NCBI GenBank assembly: GCA_002633005.1
Contig: NMRA01000973.1
Span: forward strand, 1-64,000
Length of the DNA stretch: 64,000 bases
Direction of reading: 5' to 3'
Source: Phoronis australis
Lineage: Eukaryota; Animalia; Phoronida
The notes under the pieces were generated by a model, which saw only the letters and a program-made list of their open reading frames with translations, searched no databases and had not been told where the DNA came from. Positions 27,753 to 39,589 of this stretch are shown in pieces. The position numbers and the translations under genes are program-made. How positions within the stretch are numbered: the first letter of the stretch is position 1; the number at the start of each line of letters is the position of its first letter.

Positions 27753-30144
27753 GACCTATCGCAAGCTCCGCCCCTATGCGAAAAGTCACGTGATACCCGA
27801 CAATCGAAAGAGATGTCAGAGGCAAATACACTGTCACTAAACGACGTTTCTGGTGGAATCGATGAGTGTTTTTGCACTATTTGGAAACGCTACGACAGAG
27901 ACAAGAGGCGATGCTTTTCAACAGAGAATCGTACGTTCATGATATGGGAATTTGTGAAGGTGACGATGAAAAAATAGGTGCTCGAAGAGCCAGCGAAAAT
28001 CTGAAGAACCCCTCGGCCGCCTCGGGGCCACCTTCACCTGACAAATGACAAGGCCACTGATATGATATGTTAATGTAAAGCTGAGCATGTACCTTAAAGA
28101 CGAATTATCTGTACGATTACATAGATTTCATGATCTTTCGAATAAAATCAGTGAAGATTCACCGATACTTTTATTCTGTTGTCTGCTAAATTTCGCCAAA
28201 TGAAAAGTAGGTCACAACTTGTGGGACTCCTGGGCCCGGTCTCTAATCTTTGTACTCGAAACGAACTCGAAACTATTTTTGGCAATTTCTCTGCTCCTTT
28301 TGTGTGAACTTAAGATAACTGGTTATCAGACTGTGCTCGAATACATTATAGTTTATGCATAGGAGTTTCTAGTTCAAGTTTGCCCTTGAAGACCCTTATA
28401 TTCGTGCTACAAACTCGAGTATAAACTCGAAATTTCGAGTTCAAACTCGAACTTAACAGACACTTAGCTTGAGTTCGCCCAAAACTAGAGTAGAAAATGC
28501 CAAACCTAATTTCGAGTTCCATTTCGAGTAAAAAGATTGGAGACCGGGCCTGGAGTGAAGTAGGTCATAGATTACAGACAACACATGCACTACAGTTTCT
28601 GACTTGGTCGACTCGATAGCACAGTTTACGCTTTTCTAATCTTGTAACGAAATATTTTGATTAAAAAATTCAAGTTCATAGCTCAGGTACACACATATAG
28701 TCCTAGGCAAACAGTTAGCTCCGGTAGGTCTAGGGCTGTGCCGGGGGTCTAAGTCAAATTAATGTCTGGAATTCAGTGGAGGATCTAGGATACCACAGGG
28801 GGGGCCCAACATATGTTGTATCGTGGAATTGGGCAAAGTGCAACTCTATGTGCTAAGGCGGCCCGAAAGTTGCAGGGGCCAGGGATGAAGAGCGTTGGAC
28901 CTTCTGTTCAGAAAATCTATCAGTGGACTATAAAAAACAGGAACACGATTCCGCTGCGATCTGGGGTTTGAGCCCCCCCCCCCTCTTCCGCTACCGGTCC
29001 TAGTTACTGAACTCAATACTTCCTCACGCTTCACGCTCTTGCTGTTTTATTTTGCTTGCGGCAGCCTATGGAATTGTCCGTTTGCACCATTGAGACATTT
29101 AGATTAGGCCTACCTTCTTATGAACATGGCATTTTTTGTAGTTTCATTCCATAAAGGTAGCTTTCATTTAATTTTGAAGGTAGCATGATATCACTAAGTC
29201 GTGGTATGGTTACAAAAGATTACGAGTCTGGTGTGGTAGTTGCAAAAATAGGGTATTTACAAAAATAACTTTAATTCTTTTTTAAAGCTTCATAAATCTA
29301 AATATCATGCTTGAACAACTTCAAAATGAGCTCTGTCTAACTCCGAGTCTCCAGACATAGTGTATACTAGAGGTACACGTCAAAAAGTAATTCAGCAGTT
29401 TATTTTTAGTGACAACAGCTCGACCAAGGCTTTGAGTTCCGGCAGTAATCCAGTGCCCTTCCCTGTGCCGATCGACAGCATCTCTGAATTTTGACCGGGA
29501 GAGAAGTTCAGTTGAACGTCAGCCTACGGTTTATGAATAACAAAAATGTACCTCTGATACGAAACAAAATAATGTCCATTAGGTTGAAATGAATAAAAAA
29601 AATAAAATAAAAATGTCCTTGAAAACAACAATTTCCGTGGACTACCGCTTGAGTGCTGAGATACAGCAGGTGGCGAGACAAAGGCGGCCAGACGTAGGAA
29701 ACTCGGGAGTCAAAATCTGAGATACATGTAGTCCTGCACCATAGCCACCAAGCTGAAGAGTGCGTATCTTGGAACTAATATATTTGTGTTTATTATAGCC
29801 TTCGAGTTATCAAGCAACATCGCTAAGTTCAGCTGCTCGTGTGGCCGTACAGTTTGATCCATAGTTTACGCTTTTCAACATCATTTTTCGGCTTAGGACA
29901 TGCCAAAGATGACAGGATATTATTCTGGAGCTGCATAACGGCTGTCGGTGCCACACACGCTGTATCAACACCGTGTCCCCATTCTTAGGGGACAATTTCT
30001 TTAGGTATAGACTAAAGTAAGTTTAACTCGTACGTGTGGTTTGCCGGGTAAAATGGCGACTTGGAAGCGCAGACGAAGTTGTGCCAGGAATGCTGCGTTC
30101 TGATTGGTCAATTAAGCCGTCCTTCATAATCCTGACGATAGGTC
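27753..30144 (+). mobile_element. TIR element GACCTATCG...CGATAGGTC with AATT TSD (Sola1-like, tentative), carrying nested MITEs
   Basis: AATT on both sides, and removing the element restores the pogo frame. Related copies at 16545-16715 and 31557-32158 (-). Confidence 0.7.
28233..28550 (+). mobile_element. PIF/Harbinger-like MITE
   Basis: TIR GGCCCGGTCTC(T/C)AATCTTT. Near-identical inverted copy at 59698-60098. Confidence 0.8.
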
Positions 30145-31039
30145 AATTAAAAGAATTAGCACAGACGATCCGAATTATACCAGTCTTGACAACGCCATGA
30201 CGACCGACACAGAAGCGAACTCATGTGATGACAATCCGGAAGACAGTTTGGTTGATGACGACTCGTTAGATGGTGAACCAGCGGAGCCAGAATTGAACTC
30301 TAGTGCATCCAACATACCTATTAAACTTAACTCATGGGTAATCGTGCGCTACGCAACCCCAACACGACAACTTCATTATGTCGGCACGGTGGTCAGTCTG
30401 GGCGATAGTGATTCCGAATTTTCGTCTGGGTCGAATGATGATGAGGAATTTATAAAAGTTAACCTTTTGTGTCACTCAGGTTATTCTGCTACATGTATTT
30501 TGGCACAGTAGAAGTCTAGGCGTTTTCAATTTTTGAATTGAAAGTGATCGTCAAATATGCAAGTACACCGTGAGCTTCGCGCTGCGCTGCGATGCGATCT
30601 TGACATAGATTAGATGAATGTGTCATGGTTGATAACTCATCAGTATTCTATTTCATGTCATTTTATAATGCAATTGCACACTCATGCGGGCAATTTGTCA
30701 CTGCACAGTGAAATCTGACCACCGTCACAGCATGAACTTTCTGGTATTACAAATTCCGTCTCATCTCATGAACATATACATGTATCTGAGAGTCATCGTT
30801 GTGCATACAGATTTCCCTTCCTCCTAACTGAGCTGCGTCAAAGGCCTTGTCTAAAACTCTACAGTGTCCACGTTTGCAAAATACCGAAGGCCCACCGGTC
30901 CTGAATTTCTAACCACCCTCCTCAATGCTGGCTACGGTCTTGAAAAGGATATCAGGCGTCCAATAAAAAGTCGCCTCTGCATCGACCAATTCTCTGCATG
31001 CTACTGCCCAACGGCTGAAAATATCTGTAAAGTACCTTT

Positions 31040-31552
31040 TATTGCATACAGAATGGTTTCAAACGGTTACCTTACCGACGAAATTTCTATAAATCCGTAA
31101 CACCGAAATAAAGCAACTCGTTTGTCTAAAATCTCAATGTATTTGTAAGGATTTTGCTTCAAATTATGAAGATTTACTGGCGTAAAGCTATGAAGTCAAG
31201 CGATAGCCTGACACAAGTAAGCGTGTTGTTAACTGCTGAACAGAGTGTGTTAAAACCTATGACGTCATTGATTAATTTCAGCACGTCCGTCTTTTGTCAA
31301 GTAATAGAACTGATCTTGCTGTTATTGAGTGGACCTACTCATCTAAATTGATACAAAAAGGTTGTTTTTGGTGGCATTCTCCTTTATTGATTTAGTGAAA
31401 ATGAAGAACGTTTCTATACTGTTTCGTTTCTGATACCAATCAATAGCAACGTGTATCATTTCTACGATACACGACTCAACTGTTTTGGCCACCGTCTTAA
31501 ACGTTAAACGATCTATACTTGGTGATTCACCTCACATGAGGGCAGCGCTACC
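31040..31552 (-). pseudogene. Inverted, internally deleted intron-only remnant of a third gene copy
   Basis: The reverse complement matches gene A intron sequence ~16720-16810 joined to ~17605-17960, including the same Kolobok left-end junction. Exon 2 is absent. Confidence 0.6.
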
Positions 31553-32832
31553 AATTGACCTATCACCAAGATTATGACTGACCAATCAGAACGGAGCATT
31601 CTCGACTCACATTGGACTGCGTTTCCAAGCCGCTCTTTTACCCTAAAAACAACACATTGTCTCCTACTTATTTCAGACTAACTCCAGCTGTTCTCACGAA
31701 AAAATAAACACTTGAATTACTTTTTGATGAGAATCTCTATTATGCAATTCGCCTGTAGAGTTATCGAGAGCCCATTTATAAGCTGTTCAAACATGCTTTA
31801 AAAAAGAATTTTTGTTATTTTTGTAAATAGCCATTTTTGCCACTAGGCCTACACCAGACTTGTCATCTTTTATAACCCTACCACAGCTTCGATGCTACGT
31901 TTAAAATTAACTGAGATCTACCTTTATGCACTGAAACTACAAAAATTAGAAAGTTCATCAGAAGGTAGGCCAAACTTAAATGTTTAAAGGGTGCAATTAC
32001 GGCCAATTCCATGCATTAATTTGACTCGGACACAGCCCTAGACCTACCGGAGCTAACTGGTTGCCTAGGATGCGAAGAATGTGTACCTAAGTTATTAACC
32101 TGAGCTTTTTAATCTAAATCATTAGTTATAAGATTAGAAAAGCGTATACAGTGCTATCCACTGTATTTTTTCGCCCTCTTGCCATGAGCCTCGGTCCTAC
32201 CGTAGAAGTTGTGACTTCGGTCTCCCGGCGGTCTACCAGGCGTACGCCTGTTGTTTGATGAATATCTCTCGCTGATCAATGAGAGGACTAAATTTGCTTT
32301 TATGTTTTGTTTAAAACCGATGAAAAGAAATCTTGATCTTACTGCTTATCAAATATGCTTGTCGTTTTGCATATCCTTGTCTTCGGCAGAAGTTCGCGTT
32401 GATCACGGTGAAAACGGATTCGGATTATTTGCCCATGTAGCTTTATAATTGTTACCCAAAACTGTGAAGTTACAACAATTTGTAAGAAATGAAGTTAAAA
32501 GTTGGTGCCAAAGGCATTACGAAAATGTTTGGATTTGCACCAAAACCTTAGGCTACTTTATCCTTCAGTTGTCAGACTGACCACCACCTGCAGGGCCAAT
32601 CTCCGTCCGTGAGTCGTGACTGGCGGACCCCATGTTCTGTATCTACTTAGTTGCATTGCCACCGCGCGGAGTAGTTTTCTAAAGTAGTCCATTCGCGTTG
32701 CAAACTATTTAATCTCCCTCTACACTGGCAAGGGTATAACAGGATTGGAAACATACTGTACATGAACTTCGTATGAAAGACATTTTAGCATAAAACGTAT
32801 GACTGGAGAAATTCGCCTTCAGTCATCGTGGT

Positions 32833-32939
32833 ATGATGTGGTCTTCTGCCATCTTCTGCTTCATTGTGATGTTCGCGCTAGCACCGCACGTGAAAGGTGT
32901 AAAGCAGCGTGAGCCCGGGTTTTTAGAGCAGTTAAAGAG
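32833..32939 (+). CDS. Gene B coding exon 1: signal peptide (MMWSSAIFCFIVMFALAPHVKG-VKQREPGFLEQLK)
   Basis: Homologous to 15141-15244, with the same upstream acceptor (ccttcag) and a phase-2 donor AG|gtaaga. Confidence 0.83.
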
Positions 32940-35900
32940 GTAAGATAGATAATCAAGACACGCCTGTTGCTCAGTCAAATAACGCTCCCTAGTTAGGCAA
33001 GACTCAACTTCGGTACATCGCACTGTAGAATAAATGTTATATTGGACACTCAAAGATACCGATAGCTCGTTTCAGTGATTCAAATTTTATTTGCCGTCCC
33101 CTGTCTAGTATTGCTGATGGGAAGAAAGATACATGAAAGGATAACTGAACGCAGAGAATTGTGGTCTAGAATGAAGATATGGAGGAACAGAACTCGCCGA
33201 AGATTTGTTTTCTTGATAAGACGAATGAGCAGAGCAAGTTCACCGGCTATATCCAATCGTAAAGTAAGAAGTTGCACTGTGTTTCAATTCCATGTGCTAA
33301 CTTGAATTACGGGCTTTTTAAGAAATATTCATGGTGCGCATGTAATCGGAGCACCATAATCAGGACAACTTGTACTCAAATATTTCGCATATAACACTTA
33401 TCACTAACATTTATCCGATCAGTCCGAAAACAAAAGAAACACTGGACGTGTTGACCACCGCAGGTGTTTTCAAGCAAGAACTTTTCAAAGTGTAACTTGC
33501 AATCTTACACATAGTTATAACCACCTCATCACTTATTCGCATCTGTCCACTGAAAATTATTCCATCTCCTATCACAAGTTAACATGCCGGTGAAAGAAAA
33601 ACGTTTATTTTGGGACCGAACAACACCAACAATGGGTTGATCATTAGCGCAGATTTTAAAATTAACGATACATAAAAACGGCAAACGCAAAGCTAGAATC
33701 GTTTTTCAGCGTCAACTGAGATCCATCCTTCGTAAAAAATCCTATATTTTCGAAGTTACTGCCTTCTGAGCGCTTCGGATTAGAAACACAAGATTGCGTG
33801 TTTAGAGTCTTTGCACCAATTGGTGCAACACTCTGCAAATAAAATCTTCGAAGTGAAGGCCCTTTGCAATGTCTTCTTTGCCATAGTGCCCAACCACTGC
33901 ACTAGCCCGGGGACACCATGACTCCAGGGGCCCCACGCTGATTCATGTCATGGTAAGAAGTCAAATAATACAAATTTTACGAGTTGGTGCCAGTCCCTGT
34001 AACATGACCTACTTGCATGAATGAGCCATCCAGAAAGTTTATTGAATAACGAGCACGTAAAGCATTCAAATACATACATGTACAGGTAGGAACTGTTCGA
34101 TACAGTGTACGGGCACATTCTCACCTACCACCACGGATTTACTAATGCGCAACAAGTAAGCTAAAGCAAGAGAGGTGCCCGCACAAAACGAGGACCTGCG
34201 CCCTGTTCTCACAACAATGTCGCACATTTAAAGACGCATGACGTTATTTTTAATTTAAAACTCTTGTCAATCAAACTTGTTCCAAGGCTCATATCTCGCA
34301 CGGAAAATTGAGCGTTGTAAGACACTGGCACTGTGAATGGATGTGAGCACCGACCTACGATTAATTGAGTGCGTTCAGAGTTATGAATTGGTGTATTTGT
34401 TGGTTCCTGCCTTTTAGTGCACTTTTGTCTCCTTTTTAACTTTTTTGTTTTTCTGAGGTGGACCTTTTTGCCAACTTCGTCAAATGACTCGTTCGAGCCC
34501 TCGAGCCACCCCTGATTGGACGCATAGAATGTGACAACCTTTTCCGACAAATGCATTCCCCGGCTTAGATTTGTTTGCAGCGGCAGTGTGGAAGGAGAAA
34601 CGAGGGCCCAGATCCTCTTTCTTTAGGTATTTTAGGGGGAAGGTGTGCAATCGCACGTTTAAGGTGCCATGTACCGCTTTTTGTGTGCGACAAATAAAAA
34701 CACGGTATGCTGCACTTTTAAGGGTAGGGGTCGCATTCTTCCAATTGGCCGTCTAGCTAATGGATGCCACAAAGACACTGTTTGCTTGTTCCTGTTTGAG
34801 ACGCTCCTGACTGAACATTTCACAACGTCGTTTACAACATTTTGTTTAAATTTGGTTTCATGGCACGTTAAAACAGTCGATGTTGACGTGGAACGCTATT
34901 GGTTATCAAATTGGACGAAGTGGACATTCCAAAGTTTCCAAACATTGGATTTATGTTACGAATGTTTTTGAGTCAGATTGTAAAGATCAGATTTTTAAAG
35001 ATTCAAATCAGTGCAATTTGAGGCCAACAATGGCCAAGAAATAACTTAATTGCGCACGCGCTACATGTGAAGCTTCCAAATGCCAACTATTAGAAGAAAA
35101 ACTTTAAGACATGTTCACAAAGAAGATCTGTTCTATGGGACACGGTATGTTACCATCTATACAAACAATCCAGCAAGCGCACATACCGTTGTCAAGCTGA
35201 AGCCCGTGCTTTATTATACACCTCGGCTTGACACCTAAAAGTGACTGGTGTACGGTTTACATGCTGGATGAAACGCTAGCAGCAAAACAGTCAAATAATG
35301 TGAGCGGTCGCAAGGGTCATTTTTTCTGGCGCTTTGCTGCAGCTCTGAGTTATTTCAAAAGTGTTGGCGTTTTCGGTCCGTAACACTTTTGTTGCCAGAC
35401 CGCTTACTTTAAGTGACACCCATGCACTAAAGCAAAAGGCCTTTGTTGCATTGTTACGCAAATAAATTTATGGCAGAGAGTTAACTTGTTTCGACACCAC
35501 TCTTTGTAAAAAAGCCACTCGGTGGATACTAAAACAAACTACTGCTGACGGAAACCTTTGCGACAGGACACCTTGTCCGTCTGGCTATTTATGCAGTCGT
35601 TTTCAAACCTGTGGACTTTATTTTGATCGCAATATAAACCAGGGAACCAGAATACGCCATAAAATACGGCCTGTCCGGTATTTTCAACTAGAGACTAAAG
35701 AACGCGCATCATTGGTCGAAAAGGTCTGTCCGCGTGTGGTATTGTTTTGGGTCTTNAGCTCTGAGTTATTTCAAAAGTGTTGGCGTTTTCGGTCCGTAAC
35801 ACTTTTGTAGCCAGACCGCTTACTTTAAGGGGGACCCATGCACTCAAGCTAAAGGCCTTTGTTGCATTGTTACGCAAATAAATTTATGGCAGAGAGTTAA

Positions 35901-36926
35901 CTTGTTTCGACACCACTCTTTGTAAAAAAGCCACTCGGTGGATACTAGAACAAACTACTGCTGACGGAAACTTTTGCGACAGGACACCTTGTCTGTCTGG
36001 CTATTTATGCAGTCGTTTTCAAACTTGTGGACTTTATTTTGATCGCAATATAAACCAGGGAACCAGAATACGCCAAAAATACGGCCTGTCCGCTATTTCC
36101 AACTAGAGACTAAAGAACGCGCATCATTGGTCGAAAAGGTCTGTCCGCGTGTGGTATTGTTTTGGGTCTTGTGTGCATTCCGTAGACAGGAGAACCTTGC
36201 GAGAACAGACAATACGTCGAGTGTTTTGTTTAATTAGACTTGTGCACCTACGGTCGAGATAGTCGCACGGCTCAGATTGGAATCGATTTTATGTTGCATC
36301 AAGCATTTCGACGAAATTTAATTCTAAGCATAGTTTTAAGTCAAGAAACGAGTCGATTGATAAAATATGAAAAGCAATTTTTAATGAACTCGTCACCCGC
36401 CAATCAACACAATTTTTGCGTTATTAATCCATATGAACATCTCACGTTCCTTGACTGGCAAATCCCTAGGAAATTTCCTTATAAAAGGGTTATTGGTGAA
36501 GGACTTCTACTATAATTTAAAGAAATTCGCTGAAAACTAACTGAAAGCCCAAATTTTCCTTTCATTTTGAATGATAAAGTACCATTCAAAGCAATTTTCG
36601 TGTAACTGAAGCATTTTATTATGGAGATGTCAAAAATACACACACCCCATTTTTCTGCCGAAAGTTAAACCAAACTTATGCACTAATTAAAACACAACCT
36701 TTATTTTGCATGTATTATATGTAGGTCAATACAACAACGAACACAAAACTGTTGGCACTTTAAAATTGATATTTTAGTATGGATACAGCAAGCCACTGTG
36801 GATTGTTACGTCATACAGTTAGAGAAAACTTGTTGCGCTGCATCTTTCGAACGTTTCTTGTGACAAGTCTAAAACAGTCTCACTTTGAAATTTTCAAAAA
36901 CTATTAACAAGATATTCCGTTTCTAA

Positions 36927-37074
36927 AAATGACTGAAATACAACAAGGCAGTAGTCAAAATGACTAAAATACAACAAGGCAATAGTCAAAATGACTGAAA
37001 TACAACAAGGCAATAGTCAAAATGACTGAAATACAACAAGGCAATAGTCAAAATGACTGAAATACAACAAGGCA
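36927..37074. repeat. 31-bp minisatellite, about 4.8 copies
   Basis: aaaatgactgaaatacaacaaggcaatagtc repeated. Confidence 0.95.
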
Positions 37075-38361
37075 GAAGGTAACAAGAAAAGCATGTAACG
37101 GAAAAATCAATCTTTGTGGAATTTGGCAACACGTAAATAATTTCGGCTCATGGCTCGCAATTTTCACGCTCAGGTTTAACTTGACGTTTATCGTCCCTCT
37201 GCCAACTTCTCTTCATATAAACAAATCTAAAACCATTTTTTGTTGTTTTTTTCTTTCATTCGGCTGCAAAAATAATAAAATATGGCAATGTTTTAGTTAC
37301 CAGAAACTGCTGTCCAAAGGTAAATAGCGAATTGATAATAAAAACAAAAGTGGTATTTACAAAGGACCAGCATTTACGAGTGCATAACAATGTTTGTGCG
37401 TGCGCGTTGCCCAGGTAACCAACGTAAATCACTGCAATACAAAGTTTCCAGGTGTAATTAACGACTGACATTTTTCACTTTTACCACTCAAAAGACAAAA
37501 CAAATGTGATAAATCAGTTTATCTGAACTAGTGTAAGTGTACTTGCTAGCATATATTTAATGGTCAATTTGTATCCTTCAAAAACTAATCCCCGCCTAAG
37601 CAGTTAAAGCCAACCCTGAGTCATCTCTTGTTTTCACACTACGTGGGGGTGACCCAAATCTTGTACCCGACAAGGAACGATTTCATGACGCTCACCCGCG
37701 CATGACCCCCGGTCAGTGTCTCGTTATTGTCTCTACCACCGATAAATTTTCACGAACTTAACATTCATGAAGTCGCACAAATCTCGATGAATGGTCCATA
37801 AATTATTGGTCCGCAGTCAAAAACTGACTTTGGATTCACTCTGACGTTAAAATCTGGTTGGGTCATTTGTGTCTTACTTTGGAAGAGACTTCTAAGCTTG
37901 GAAATGAGCTGACCGGTCCAGGGCAAGTCAATATGTCGGGGCTGATGTCCAGCAATCGTCAAATCTTCTAAGGCTTGGAAATCTCTATTACCTGAGAAAG
38001 GGATTATATTTATTACGATAAGTGACATAACTAAATTGCAGTTGCGTATAGCAGCTTTTGAACAATTATCAGAAATGTAATAAGGTTAATTTTAAGTCAA
38101 ATCTTAAAGTCAACGTACATTGTGCTTTTCGCCATGGTTGACTTTGTTTGAAAATAGTTTACATATTATTTTAAGACCCGCCTTGTAAATTGTCTCCCAT
38201 GGTGGCGGCCTTAAAATTTGGACAATATTTTTCTTTGTTTACTCTCGGCACGTTGAAAAGTATTAACCATATTTACAAATACTAGGGTAGATAACCGGAT
38301 GAAAATGAGCAAGCTAAGCTGAACTGTCCAAATCATGGGTGGTGGTAACGGGTTACCTTAT

Positions 38362-38503
38362 CATGGGCGGCGCACCATAGGGGGATGGGGGACTATAGCC
38401 CCCCACTTTTTTCAGTGCTGCCCCGACCATGGTCTGTAGGCGATGAACCAGAGGGGGGCTGGGGGCTATAACCCCCACTTTTTTCAGTGCTGCGCCGCCC
38501 ATG
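38362..38503. mobile_element. MITE with CATGGGCGGCGC TIRs and 5-bp TSD (CTTAT)
   Basis: Perfect TIR and TSD. Relatives at 58846-59000 (TSD ATGTC) and ~13705-13776. Confidence 0.8.
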
Positions 38504-38542
38504 CTTATGCCAGGAATATGCGTCACTCACGGTTGTTCTTAA

Positions 38543-39452
38543 ACAGTACACACCATGGATTTTTGCACATTTTGAATTACCGGTGGCCACAGACTAAATG
38601 TATGATGTAAAATTTAGCTAAACCCATGTTTATTTTGTGTAATTAGCTCGAAATTTTGATTTCTCTATAAATTTTGCCACTTTTCACATTTCCCGCCATG
38701 TGACGTCATGGGTTGAACACAAGAGATCAGTGACTAGCATTGAACAAAGGCGGAGAGCAGGAGATTTGAAAGCGACGACGATTATGAGCAAGAATTGAAC
38801 GAATACTATGAAGAAACGTACGGGAATGGTGGCCAGGATGAGGAAATAGGGTTGCACGAAAGCGAGAGTAAGTTTAATGTGCTTCCAGCAGCGTACTTCT
38901 CTACTTTGAGCCTTACGAAATGGATCCTCCCGCGAAAGAAGCGGCCTCGGGCTCAGCGAGTCAACCCAGTCATACTACAGACGATCCTGAATTAAGAACT
39001 GATGTTTCTGAATGATAAATATTGTCCTTTTTTGAACCAGGCCTTCATCGTAACGTCTCCTGTGACTGGAATCGAAACACGATTCCTCAAAGTGGGCAGA
39101 ACACAGAGTGGCCCCGGACCGAATCGCTTGGTCCACGATGACGTCCCACACTCTCATTCCGCGCACGAAGCGATGCCACTTCTGCGCAACTTTGGTGTCC
39201 CTCGGAACAACGAGACGTTCTCTGCCTGGCTGCAGTTGCTGCAGCCTCCGGAAAGACATCTTTTGATCCCTCTACGAACCTTCTCGACGCTAAATGTACT
39301 TTGCTTTCTCTTCACTCTATACTCTTTGTCTCTGATCAGAACAGTATGGCGAACGACTTGGGTTCAACCCATGACGTTGTACATAATTATTATTTTTTCA
39401 ATTTTTGCGTATTTCTTTATGAGCTGTGTACTAGAGTCATGTTTTGTACACT
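38543..39452. mobile_element. Kolobok-like non-autonomous element (family B)
   Basis: TTAA flanks and imperfect TIRs (acagtacacaccatg / agtgtacaaaacatg). Frameshifted THAP on the - strand (CLSGGCSN..P..KW..LCSAHFEESCF). Acidic KolX-like head on the + strand (FEPYEMDPP..RTDVSE). Confidence 0.72.
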
Positions 39453-39589
39453 TTAATTAACATCAAGTCTGCACTAACTTATCACGTATCTTGCGATTCC
39501 AACAAATGTGATCAATTTGTGAGAACATTGAACATGATATGTTACATACATAGGAACCGTAATTGCAAAATGAAATGCGTTTGATCAGG

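Larger units (their letters stand above)
25880..30530 (+). mobile_element. Fragmented pogo/Tigger-like (DDE_1) transposase pseudogene with nested insertions
   Basis: GGPQKTRYNRSKPGWFD, KVLMTDKMSSH, CLLPNTTHVIQPHDV and NLKSGFRK (26010-26470). C-terminal KRLNVEV|IKRIS..WVIVRY..HYVG (27650-27752 plus 30145-30511). HTH-like EEAAFSDYVSSMADWRFP is inverted at ~25890-25955. Confidence 0.75.

Noticed and set aside
28614-32158. Apparent element with ~500-bp terminal inverted repeats
   Set aside because: Both arms continue into the same GACCTAT-family right end, so they are two oppositely oriented copies of one family.
36927-37074. CRISPR-like reading of this and the 8283-9006 array
   Set aside because: There are no unique spacers and no cas genes, and the context is eukaryotic.
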